Below, piece after piece: positions 25,315 through 38,069 of a DNA stretch of 64,000 nt (position 1 is its first letter; each line of letters starts with the position of its first letter). The DNA comes from Chiloscyllium plagiosum. Lineage: Eukaryota. The notes under the pieces are model-generated. The model worked only from the letters and a program-made list of their open reading frames with translations, had not been told where the DNA came from and searched no databases. The translations under genes and the position numbers were made by a program. The stretch lies in the NCBI RefSeq assembly GCF_004010195.1, contig NC_057719.1:4743708-4807707 (forward strand). Reading direction: 5' to 3'.

Positions 25315-26700
25315 GCGATTACTAAATAGCCATTAAACCTTTTTTTCCTATCCAGATTTTTATTGAATTCAAATACCACCATCTACTATGACAGGATTCT
25401 AACTATTTACCCTAGAGGTTCTGGATTACCAGTTCAGTTACATGGTCATTTTGTCACTGCTTCCCTATGTGTCCATAGAGTCATTGTAATAGTGTCATAC
25501 ATCATGGAAACAGACCCTTTGGTCCAACTAGTCCATGCTGACCATAATCCCAAGCTAAATTAGTTCCACCTGCCTGCATTTGGCCTATATCCCTCAAAAC
25601 ATTTCTTATGCATGTGTCCACTTATCTAGGTGTCCCTTTTAAATATTGTAAGTGTAACCACATCTGGAAGTTAATTCGACACACAAACACTGTGTTTTAA
25701 AAAGAAGCTTCTCTTTTTTTTAAGCCTTTCTCCTTTCACCTTAAAAATATGCCCATAATTAATTGATGATGTGTTGACTACTTGGGAGGGACCAACCAGA
25801 TTCCAAAAATAATGGATTGCCGTGACTGGACAAGGAGGAGAGCCACAGATCTTGAAACTACAATTGCAGAAGAGCTGAACAGAGACACCAAGGTGTCATG
25901 AGTCCTGCTAGTACACTTTGGACCTAGCCTTCCCTCTACTAGCATGACTGCTAATACCACTAGCCTGCACAGAATGAAATATGAAGCAGGGTTTAGGTAT
26001 CTGAATATTAAAGTATATCTACACAGAGGAGTTTCAGGTATCTAGTTTTAGTGATAGCAGCTGCAAGGAATTTGAACTGAATTGTGTTATGTTGCACTTA
26101 GAATTGTCTGTTGCAATCAGAATTAGCACTGTCTCAAGGTAAATTTCTCTTATAAAATGTGGTTAAAAATATATTAGATTTCTGTTTTTATGAAAGTAAA
26201 TTACCCTCATCAAAATCCTGGTAAACTAAAACTCCAAACAATACCCATCGCTCTCACAATTATCAGGTGCCATTAGATGGCTTGTCATCCCTTTCATACA
26301 CAATATTGTGAATCAGCTGATACTGAATATTTCAGGTATGATGATTAAGAAACACAAAGGTTGAGGAGCAGAGCTTGATTTTTCGGTTCAACTTTCTATT
26401 GGACTGCATCCTTGAATCTGATCTGGTAAGGGACAACTCCAGTGCTTCCCCTTAAGTGGGTGTTCAGGTTCAGAAGAACAGGAACAAAATGTAATGCTAT
26501 CAAGAAGCTTCTTTATAGAAACTGCAAGACTATATGGCATGGGAACAGTTATAGGTCATTCAACCCTTTGGGTCTGCTGTGCTATTTAGAGAGATGATGG
26601 CTATTCTGATAATCCTCCACTCCAGTTTCCGATATTCTTTGACTACCTTATTGTTTAAAAATCTGTCCCTTGGGGAATCCCAAGGAAAGCCAAACATTTA

Positions 26701-27297
26701 GACGGCACGGTGGCACAGTGGTTAGCACTGCTGCCTCACAGCGCCAGAGACCCGGGTTCAATTCCTGTCTCAGGCGACTGACTGTGTGGAGTTTGCACGT
26801 TCTCCCCGTGTCTGCGTGGGTTTCCTCCGGGTGCTCCGGTTTCCTCCCACAGTCCAAAGATGTGCAGGTCAGGTGAATTGGCCATGCTAAATTGCCCGTA
26901 GTGTTAGGTAAGGGGTAAATGTAGGGGTATGGGTGGGTTGCGCTTCGGCGGGGCGGTGTGGACTTGTTGGGCCGAAGGGCCTGTTTCCACACTGTAAGTA
27001 ATCTAATAATGGGCGGCACAGTGGTTAGCACTGCTGCCTCACAGCGCCAGGAACCCAGCTTCACTTCCAGCCTCTGGTGACTGTCCATGTGGAGTTTGCA
27101 CATTCTCCTTATGTCTGTGTGGGTTTCCTCTGAGTGCTCCGGTTTCCTTCCCCAGTCCTAAGATGTGCAGGCCAGGTGAATTGGCCATGCTAAATTGCCC
27201 ATGCTAAATTGCCCATAGTGTTAGGTGCATTAATGAATGGGAAATGGGTCTGGGTGGATGAGTGTGGATTTGTTGGGCTGAAGGGCCTGTTTCCATA
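26701..27297 (+). mobile_element. Two HE1-type V-SINEs in tandem (26701-27007, 27011-27297)
   Basis: Both have an A box (ggcacagtggttagc) and V-domain. The first is CpG-rich, ends gtaagtaatctaa and looks young. Confidence 0.92.
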
Positions 27298-27346
27298 AAT
27301 AAATAAATCGAAAGTGGGCCACACCACCAGTGCTTCATCTAGAGGG

Positions 27347-27386
27347 TCACTGATGACATTGCCCAGTATGGTGATGAAACGTCTGA
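27347..27386 (+). ncRNA. Minimal type I hammerhead ribozyme motif in a solo PLE terminal fragment (~27300-27420)
   Basis: UCA-CUGAUGA-C-AUUGCC(CAGUAU)GGUGAU-GAAAC-GUC-UGA. Stem I is UCA/UGA, stem II has 6 pairs, and stem III is the ACGU palindrome. Confidence 0.68.
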
Positions 27387-27424
27387 ATGAACCTTCCAGC
27401 TCAGTGAGCAAACCTACATCCATT

Positions 27425-28330
27425 TAACCCACATTTTCCAGCCCTCTGCTGTCAAGAATTCAACAAATTCACTATTTTCATATGAAGAAATTCCTTCTGA
27501 TCTCTTTCAAAATCTAAGATTTTGACTTTTGGCCATAGACTGTCCGACAAGAAGAAACGACCTTTCACCTAGTCTTTCAAGTTTCCCTAACAATCTAGTA
27601 GATTTCATTTAAGATCACCTCTTATTCTTCTAAACTTCAGTGTGTTCAGGCCCAATTGCTCCCTTCATACGCAAGATATACCTACTGAATCTTCTCTGGG
27701 CAGTATGCAACCCCTTTGATAAGGGGACTAAAGCTGTTTTCCATACTCTAGGTATGGTCTGATTAGTACGTTGCGTAGTTTTTGCAAGTCTTTCTTATTT
27801 TTATATTGTATTCCGTGGGAAATGATGTCCGACATTCCATTTCCCTTCCCATTGCCTGCTGAACTTGCATGCAATTTCGGCACAAAGACCAACTAACCTC
27901 CCTTTGTTGAAGCTTTCTGCGTTTTTTTTCCTCCATTTAAATGATGTTCAGCTCCTCTTCCCACCAAAGTGCATTATCTCACGTTTTCCTACATTATATG
28001 CATCTGGCAAGTTCTTTTCAATCCACTCACTTCTGTCTATATGCCTCTGTAGGTGCCTGGTGTCACCACTTGCCTTCCCACTTATTCTTGTGTGATGGTA
28101 GCCTTGGCAATAGTGCATTTATTTCTGTTATTGTAGTCAAGACTATATATTGTAAATAATCGTAGCTCCAACATTGATCCCTGTAGCACCCCACTATAGA
28201 TTGCCATCCATCCTCAAAGTATCCATGGTGTTGTGGGTATTATACTGGCATGGAAAGAAGATTGGCAAATTAATAGAAGAGCTTATCCGAACCTTGCTTT
28301 CTATTAGTTAGCCAATCCTCTATCCATCTA
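27425..28330 (-). mobile_element. Old CR1-type LINE remnant (3' tail at ~26520-26690)
   Basis: Decayed reverse-complement RT and 3'-end sequence; hosts the SINE pair and the PLE fragment. Confidence 0.65.
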
Positions 28331-29035
28331 AGGTTATCTTCTTCCTACAATCCTCCTCCTTCACGAAAATGTACTTCTGCTATAGGAATTTTGCTCTCTA
28401 TACAGAAGAACCTCAATTATCCAAACGAGATGGGCGGGGAGTATTTCATTCAGATAATTGATTCAGTGCCTCTCCTTTGGTGTTCGGAATTTCCTGAAGT
28501 TTCCTTTTTCCTCGCTCTGCCTGCCTTGCTCCCTCTGTCTCGAGGTTTGTTTCTGAGCAGACGCACTTGTATGTAAGGGACCTGTAGCATTGCTGAATTC
28601 CAGAACAGTCAAGAGGTGTAGTTTGTAAATTTTGGAAATTTTAATGGATAGATCATTAAAACAGGCAGCATGGTGATTTGCTTTTAAACACTTCCAAAAC
28701 ATAGTTTTATTCTATAGCTAGAGTGCATCTAGCAGTCTGAAGAAGTGAAGTTGAATTAATATCTGGCCTTGATGTAAATGGATAGGAGTACACTTTTCAA
28801 ATCCTGTCTAAGCAAGAATTAGCTTGCTGCTGAGAGTGGTATGTAAAGAAACCTGCCTTACCTTCAAGGATGCCTTGGTTGGAGGCACCTTCCCTTTTCC
28901 TGCAGTTTTAGCAGTAGCTACTTCTATCAATAATACTACCATAGGGAGCGTTCATAGAGCCTGCCCTTTATATCGAAGGCACTTATTTTTGAAAATGATA
29001 TTGATTATTTTGTTGGTGTTATGTGATTAAGATGA

Positions 29036-29236
<201 letters not shown>

Positions 29237-29769
29237 TGAAAGTTGATTTTCTTAAATGATTGAATGCAAGGCATGGTTTATTTTGGTTTGTCAAGCTAGA
29301 TGCATTTTGTTTTAATAATTACTTAGGATGAATGCATTGCTTGGAAGGCAAGTATTTTTTACAATTCCTTAATTATCCTTGAACGTGTGATGGTGTGCCT
29401 TCAACCCCTGCAGTTCATGTAATGCAGGTATGCCCAGAACAGTGATATGGAGGGAGTTCAAGGATTTTCATTGACTGACCGTGAAAGAACCATATGGCAT
29501 TGATGTGTATCTTGGAGATGAATTTCCAGTTGGTGCTGTTTCCATGTGTCTAATGCCCCGATCTTACCAGGTTGTGGAGGTTGTGTACTTGAAAGTTGCA
29601 ACTGGAACAGTCCTACTCCTTGTTTGTATCTCTACACCAACAGAGTGGTAGAGTGTGTGAGCATTTAAGATGATTAATGGGTTGTCGAATTGTTAAACCA
29701 TTACAGTGTTACCTAGTATTGTATGTGCAGTAACAGTATTGAAGATTTCAAGATGTATTGATTAATCAG

Positions 29770-30075
29770 AGTCAGACGGCAATCCCACTCCAGAAACTTG
29801 TGTACACAATTTAGACAGACACCTTGTACACATTTGGAAGTAACTGCTTTCAGATCATGTGAGGGCCAGTCTTGACCTCTCACGTACAAGTAGGCTTATC
29901 CGTTCATGAAGAGCAAAGTGACCTGGCCAATTTTTATTCCTGAACATCTGTCAACCAGATTGTCTCATCGTTATTGTTTGTGGAACCTTAGTGTGCACAA
30001 ATTGTTTGCTACATTGCCTCTGTATTGCAAAAGTAATTTGTTGACTGCAAAGTAGTTTGCAATGTCCTGATGCTT
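29770..30075 (+). mobile_element. Decayed DeuSINE/SacSINE1-like element
   Basis: Deu-domain-like gaagagca..cctggccaattt..attgtttgtggaacctt..gtgcacaaattg. Opposite-strand similarity to 37380-37755. Confidence 0.55.
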
Positions 30076-30477
30076 CAAAAGAAATTTATATTTGTATTAA
30101 GCCTTAGTTAGGATCATGTTGAACGACAGTGTACATTGTTGGACTCCACATCATCGGAACAAGTGTTGAAGCAACTGGGAGTACTGGGCAGATTTACAAA
30201 GTTGCTACTTGGCATGATTATCATGAAATAAAAATTAAATGTTTAGAGATATTTTCTTTGAAATTAGTGTATTTTTTTAAATTAGATATTTCAAATTGTG
30301 AAAGCTTGGACCAAAAAGGTGTATGATTTTCAGGGATTGAAAAACCAACAATAACTGGTTAAAAATTTCAAGTTCAGTCTTTAAACTTTTCAACTTGTAC
30401 TCATCAGGGCCAGTTCCAAGAATATCATTCTTTTTCCAGCAATACTTAAGTTCAGTGCTACCAAATAACTATTGATT

Positions 30478-30848
30478 GAAGCTGAGAGGTGACCTTCCAC
30501 AGATTTATAAAGTTGTGAGGAGCATGGATAAGATGAATAGCCAAGATGTTTTACCCAGGGTTAGGGAATCCAAAACTAGAGACATAAGTTTAAGAGAGAG
30601 CAAAGATTTGAAAGGCACCTAAGGGGGAACATTTTCATGAAGAGGCTGGTATGTATATGGAATAAGTTGCCAGAGGAGGTGGAGAAGGCTGGTAAAGTTA
30701 CAATATTTAAAAGACATCTGGATGGATACATGAATAGAAAGGGTTTAGAGGGATATGGGCCAAATGCTGGCAATGCGACTAGATTAATGTAGGATATCTG
30801 GTTGGCTTGAACAAGTTGGACCGAAGGGTCTGTTTCTGTGCTGTACAT
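30478..30848 (+). mobile_element. CR1-type LINE 3' end
   Basis: Reverse complement of the 230-620 type tail. Confidence 0.85.
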
Positions 30849-31449
30849 ATTTAACTTGTTTTCTTGCACTTTTTTTTTCCTTTATGAAATTGGGCTGCCA
30901 TCTTTTACTTGCCCGTGTCTGCTCATTAAGGTAGCTTTGCTGTTGCATTTAATTCTCACAATTTTATGGTGTACTTCCTTCACGTAGTCCAAGATCATCT
31001 GCTTTCTTTAATAACAGAATAGAGGCTTGGAACTAGTTATGGAGAGTGTGTAAAATCTGATGTGTTGTGTTTGTATCTCCAATTATTCACTCTTTCTTTC
31101 TTGTATAAAGTGCTTAAGGCACAAAAATGTCACAGTTAAAATCCCTGTTCCATTCCCTTACTGTTTATATATAGTTTTTTTAAGGAAGATGTATTTAGTT
31201 CTTTACCCCAGCAAGCATTTTCTGAGCTCAAATAAGGAGGATTGTTATTTCATCGTTCCATGCCAGAAATCTAACACTGTCACTTACTCACCCAGCCATG
31301 CTTGCTTGGAAAATACAATCAAAGAGAATAGAGTACTTTTACAATTTATAAACACAAGAATAGTTCAGAATAAATGTGATTGGCTTGGCTTGAAAAATAC
31401 ATAATGCAAACTGTTGAGATTCCCTCCTAAAATATAGTTTGTTGAATTT

Positions 31450-31763
31450 GGATTAGTTTAGATTAGATTACTTAGTGTGGAAACAGGCCCTTCGGCCCAA
31501 CAAGTCCACACCGACCCTCTGAAGAGCAACCCAACCAGACCCATTCCCCTACATTTACCCCTTCACCTAACACTATGGGCAATTTAGCATGGCCAATTCA
31601 CCTAACCTGCACATTTTTGGACTGTGGGAGGAAACCGGAGCACCCGGAGGAAACCCACGCAGACACTGGGAGAATGTGAAAACTCCACCCAGACAGTCGC
31701 CCGAGGCGGGAATTGAACCCGAGTCTCTGGCGTTGTGAGGCAGCAGTGCTAACCACTGTGCCC
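31450..31763 (-). mobile_element. HE1-type V-SINE with 7-bp target duplication
   Basis: Reverse complement of the 26701 copy with a (ttaga)n tail. tgaattt at 31443-31449 and 31764-31770. Confidence 0.92.
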
Positions 31764-33069
31764 TGAATTTAAAAATTAAAAATAATTTGCACCAAGATTG
31801 GATCAAAGAACACATACCTCACTTCAACCAAATGTTGACTCAAACCCAACAGATCATGACCAATTTGTCAGATGCAGAGTCTATCTTAGTTGATCTCTCC
31901 TCCCACCCTCATTCCCTCTTCACAAACAAGAGAAAATTGCATGCTCAACAGGGCTTGTCAACTTGTAGTATTGTGTTTCTGATTGGTCCAGATGAATGAC
32001 CATTACAGCATAAAGCAAGTTTTTTCATTGCAGTACAAACAAATGTATAAAAATTATGATATGAACTGATGTGTGAAGCCAGTACATTACTATATTAAAA
32101 ACTTTGGAGACTATTCAGCTGTTCATGTCCGTGCAGACTCTCTGCAAGATTAGCTCAGCTGGTCCCGCTTTTATGCCCGTTCTTTGTAGACTTGCAGTGT
32201 TTTTTCCATTTCAGCTGCTTACCTATTAGGCCCACGTAGGGTGAAGAAAAACTACAGAGAACACTAACATGCCTCACATCCAATATATTAGCAACGCAAG
32301 CCAACTAGGAGCCCCAGCAATAAATTGTGACCACAGAAGTGACCTCCTATGCCTTTACTTGAAAGCATCCATTTTCTGGGTGTTCTTGAGGTCTGGAAGA
32401 GAGACTTACATTACATTACATTACCAGCGGCAAGGTGATGTCACATACTACAAATTGGAGCAATAATGATAAGTGATGAGCCTGTACCACCTAAAATGAA
32501 GCCAAAAATGTGCAAACTCCACACGGAATGAGAAAATGAATTTCTGATCACAACTGTAAACTCTCTGACTCTACACAGGTAAATGGATAGGGAAGGTTTA
32601 GAGGGATGTGGGCCAATACAGGCAGATGGGACTAGTTTAGCTTGGGAAACCTGGTCAGCATGTACTAATTGAGCTGAAGGGCATGCTTCTGTGCCAAATA
32701 TCTCAATGACTTTACGTAAAAGCTAAGACCATTTGCTCTGAATGTCACCAGTATGTCGATAAGTAAGAAGGTATATTTGGAATAAAACAATGAAAAAAAT
32801 GCACAGTAAATTCCAAGATAGTTTTGTCTTGAAGGGTCTGCATTAGACAAAGGAAATTGATGAACTAAAGGCCAATTGGAAGCTCAGCACTATATTTTGT
32901 TTCAAAACAAGCAGAAATGTGAGGCCTGCACTGAAGTGTCATTCTGCATTTGCCAAAATCTGGTAAAATGTAAGAAATCATTTACAGATGGCAAAGTAAT
33001 TAGCGAAGAATAACTGTGGCTACTGATTCTGCATTCAAAGTCTTTAATAACAATGATGAAACAAAGTAA

Positions 33070-34455
33070 CAAAATAGCAGTAGTAGTTCATTAGGCCCTT
33101 TTGAACCCGTTCCACCATTCAGTATGATCATGGCTGATCATCCAGCTCAGTATCCTGCTCCTGTTTTTTTTCCCCGTGCCCTTTAATCCTCAGAACTATA
33201 TCTAGCTTCTTGAAAACATTCAGTCTCCTGGTCTTAACTGCTTTCTGTGGCAGAGAATTCCAAAGGTTCGCCACTCTCTGGTTGAAGAAATTCCTCCTCA
33301 TGTCAGCTGTAAATGGCTTACCCTGTATTCTTAAACTTTTACCCTGGTCTCTGGACTCTCTGGTCATCAGGGCCATTATTCTGGCATTTATTCTGTCTCG
33401 TCCTGTTAGAATTTTATGAGCTTCTATGAGGCCCGTCCCATATATTTCCCCATTATAATTGATCCAGTCCTTTATTTTTATATATGACAGTCTTGCTATC
33501 CCAAGAATCAGATGGTAAAACCTTTTTGTACTCCTCCTATAGCCAGAATATCCTTCTCCAATAAGGAGATCTAAACTGCACACTATATTCCAAGTGTGGT
33601 CTCACCAAAGCTCTGTATAATTGCAGCAAGACATTCTTGCCCCTGAACTCAAATTCTCTTGCTATGGAAGTTAACATACTTGGAGTGTCAGAGGCTGAGG
33701 GGTGACCTTAGAGATTTCTAAAATCATGAGGGGCATGGATGGTTAAATAGACAATGTCTTCTCCCTGGGGTCGGGGAGTCCAAGACGAGAGAGCATTGGT
33801 TTAAGGAGAGAGATTTAAAAGAGACATCTTTTTCACGCAGAAGATGGTGTGTGTGTGTATGGAATGAGCTGCCAGAGGAAGTGGTAGAGGTTGATATAAT
33901 TAAACACTTAAAAGGCGTCAGGGTGGGTATATAAATAGGAAGAGTTTAGAGGGATATGAGCCAAATGCTGGCAAATGGGACTATATTTAAATAGGATATC
34001 TAGTCGGCATGGACGTGTTGGACCAAAGGATCTATTTCTGTGCTGTATATCTCTATGACAATGACTCTACAACTATATAAGCCTTTTTCTCTATCTGTTA
34101 CATTTGCATGCTTGATTTCAGCATCTCATGTACATGGCCACCTATGGCTCGTTGCAGCACCCCCTTTCCCAATTAAATAATCTGCATTCCTGTGTTTGCT
34201 ACCAAAGCGGATTAATTTATTTATGTTGCATTTCATCTACCATTTATTTGCTCACCCGCTCAACTTGGCTAAATCATACTGACGCATCTGTGCATCCTGC
34301 TCACTACTCATCCACTCACCCACCTTTGTGGTGTCAGCAAACTTGAAGATAATACTTTTAGTTATCTCTTCTAAATCATTGAACTATATTGTGAATAACT
34401 GAATTCAAGCACTGATTCCTGCAGTACCCCACAAGTTAATGCTTGCCACTCAGGA
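33070..34455 (-). mobile_element. Old CR1-type LINE with a + strand CR1 3' end nested at ~33680-34068
   Basis: RRNFFNQRVANLWNSLPQ on -; ttggagtgtcagaggctgaggggtgacctta...ctctatgac on +. Confidence 0.8.
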
Positions 34456-36126
34456 AAAATAATCACTGCAATCCAGCACATGCTACTCAGTGATTCTCTT
34501 GAAGCAAGCATTCTTCCAAGTGACTGTAATCAAGTCCAAGTATTGCACCAGCAACCCATTTGATGACTGTGACCATGAGCAGTCTCAAATTACAAGCCAG
34601 ATGTCAAGGCAATGGCAGATAATGTACGTGTGAAAGTGCCGCTTTTAGACTGAGGTGGACTAAGTCAGAAATCGCATGACACCTGATTATAATCCAGCAG
34701 GTTTATTTGAAATCATATTCCCTTCGTCAGGTGAAGTAAGAAGGAAGTGCACGCAGCACAGAATTTATGACCTTATCTCTCAAGGGCAGAGAAATTAAAA
34801 GATCATAGAAATGGTGTGAGTGGACTGTCAAATAATAAGTCTCCGCAGGTGACCAACAATATAGTTGAATATAGTGTTAATAGCTGAAGGACACCAAAGG
34901 GATGACCTATAGTCCAATTAAAAGAGGCAGTGAGATAATTACAAAAAAATAAAAATAAGGTGGTGCTGGAGACAAACCAAATGACTGAAATAACATGGAA
35001 CAGAAACCGAAGCCGCTGGAAAAGCTCAGCAGGTCCGGCAGTATTCGTGAAGAAAAACCAGAGGAAAGGGCACCGGACCTGAAATGTTATCTGATTTTTC
35101 TTCTCAGATGTCGCCAGACCCACTGACTGCCTCCAGCAACCCACACTAACTCTTGACAGTAGAGGATAACATGAAGATTAATATACATTTGGTATAGATT
35201 CATATCCTATATTGTAAAAGCAAACTGTTTCTTCTGTATTTTCTTCTGGGTAGATTCTAGCTTGCACTTAAATTTAAAAAGTGATCTTGTAACTAAAAGG
35301 AATGCTTGGGATCAACTGTTCTATCATGAAGACCAATGTAAAATATTCATTAAATTCTTTTGCCATCTTCTTTTCCATTATTAATTTAATAGGCTCAATT
35401 TCTATGGAACCAATGCACATTTAACGTTTTAAAATATTTAGAGAAACTTTTATAGTTTTGATTTTTATGTTTCTGTCTTGCTTTCTACTTCTAATTTTCC
35501 CTTTTTTCTGGTAATTCTTTGCTTTTCTTTTATATTGTCCAATCTTTAACCTGACTTTGCAGAACTGTGTTTTATTTGGAAAGATACTTTAATTTTTCCA
35601 ATTTCCTACAGGCTGTTGGTCATTCTGTAGGAACCTTTTGTACCGTTTGGAATGTATGTATTTTGAAAGGCATGATGAGGGTTTCAGTAGCAAGTTAACT
35701 GAGGTAGGGATGGAGTGAGGCAGTATTATGAAGCTGTAAATAGACAGTCAGTGATTGTTTATCATCGCAATTGAAGTTTATCTCTAAGTCAAATATACCA
35801 AGTTTGGAAATAGTCTCGTTTAGCTTTTACGAGGGAACGCGAGAGAGAAATTTGTGGAACAGATTAAAGACAGTGGTTGGAGAGAATTTATGTTCAGCTG
35901 GTTATATGGGGCAAACTTTATTATTGTACAGGCAACAGAATCATGGAATACAATTCCCAAAATCAGCACTTTAAAGTGTTATGTTCAAGTAAAAACTGCT
36001 TCCTGAAGTTAAATGACAGGAAAAACTCAATGAATGCTTGTGCTACTTGAATATTGTTTAATTACGTGTATTAGTTCATAGCTTGATTTGAACTTGAAAC
36101 TTAACTATTGCTGTACTTTATTTTAG

Positions 36127-36480
<354 letters not shown>

Positions 36481-36505
36481 TGACGACATCCTGAATGGGC
36501 TGTTT

Positions 36506-37096
36506 CAGGTTGTAAGTTTGCTCGCTGAACTGGAAGGTTTGTTTTCAGATGTTTTGTCACCATACTAGGTAACATCATCAGTGACCCTCCGGTGAAACGT
36601 TGGTGTTATGTCCCGCTTTCTATTTGTGTTTTGGTCTCTTAAGGTGGGTGATATCATTTCCAGTTCTTCTCAGGATGGTAGATGGGGTCCAAATCAATGT
36701 GTTTATTGATGGTGCTCCAGTTAGAATGCCAAGCTTCTAGGAATTCCCATGCATGTCTCTGTTTAGCTTGTTCTGGGATGGATGTGTTGTCACTGTCGAA
36801 GTGATGTCCTCCTTCATCTGTATGTAAAACATTTTGACCTGTATAACATCTAACCGGAACTCCATCAAAAAACATATCGATTTGGACTCCATCTACCATC
36901 CTTTGAGAAAAAGAACTGGAAATGACATCTTAGGAGACCAAGACACACAACTAAAAAGTAGGACATAATACCAGCGCTTCACCGGATGCTCATTAGTGAT
37001 GTTACCTAGTATGGTGACGAAATGTCTGAAAGCAAACCTTGCAGCTCAGCGAGCAAAGTTACAACCTGAACCTCAGCCTGAGCTATAAATCTTCTG
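36506..37096. mobile_element. Penelope-like 3' end present as an inverted pair
   Basis: Minus ORF HHFDSDNTSI..QAKQRHAWEFLEAWHS..INKHIDLDPIY resembles a GIY-YIG C-terminus. 36506-36725 mirrors ~36849-37068. Decayed hammerhead motif in both arms. Confidence 0.82.
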
Positions 37097-37379
37097 TTTC
37101 CTCCACTGAATGTTTCCTTTACTAACATTGTTGTAATTTGTCCTTAAACATGAGCAACTACCTGTCTGTCTACCAGAAAGCCTTAAGGTATAATTTTGTT
37201 GAAGCCAAACTTCATCAAAGGTTACCATCCTTCACATACCAAGGATGCCTAGTTCTTTGTGGTAATGCACACGTGTGTGTATCCAGTCTATATCTGGATT
37301 ACCTTTCTTGCCATGGTCCACAGGGTAGAAAGTCTTGATTGATATAGAAACTTTTGCAACCTTTGGGATATCACACTTT

Positions 37380-37755
37380 TAAAGTAAATGATTAGTCAGT
37401 GTTGCAATATTGTTCCATCACATTACATTAGGAAGCACAGTAACCAGTTTGTGCAAAGTCAAATTCCACAAACAGCAAAGTGATAATGACCAGTTATCTA
37501 TTTTTTGTAATTACAGTTGAAAGATAAATCTGGCGAGCATAGGGAGCAGGCTCCCCTCTTATTCTTTGAAATAAAGCCATAACCTATTTCATGCCCTCCT
37601 GAAAGATCAGAGGAAGCCTCAATTTATTGTCTCAAAAGGAAGATGATATCCCTGAGGAGCCATCCCGCGGTACTGTTGTGTTCTGTGTATTGCTCAAGTG
37701 CTTAAAGCCGCAACCTTGCGATTCTGAAATGAGGGTGCTACACGCTGAGACACAA
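37380..37755 (-). mobile_element. DeuSINE/SacSINE1-like element
   Basis: Reverse complement reads agataactggtcattatcactttgctgtttgtggaat (Deu-domain-like), with a tRNA-like head near 37755. Confidence 0.65.
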
Positions 37756-38069
37756 ATCAAGAGGAAAGATCCCCAAAGGATCAATACATATTCTTTCATT
37801 GAGACCTCTACTTGTCTTTTCCCAGCTTTACTTTGATATTCAACATCATCATCTGCTGAATGCTGAACACCAGTACTAACAGAAGCTTTTCAAGTCCTTA
37901 CTCAGCCTCCAACCACCAGATTCCCTCCTTCAGTCCTGTCACTTTGCTGCTTTCTCTCTGTTTTTGATTGCACTTCCCCGACTGAAAAGTTCTTTCTCAT
38001 TGCTGGTTTATGGGCTATCCTGGTTTATGTATTGATACATGTGGAAAATTATAGAAATTGAATTGTAAT

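Noticed and set aside
26701..26770. tRNA gene (A and B boxes)
   Set aside because: It is the tRNA-derived head of an HE1 SINE and continues into the V-domain. The same applies to the other SINE heads and the fragments at ~5175 and ~55225.
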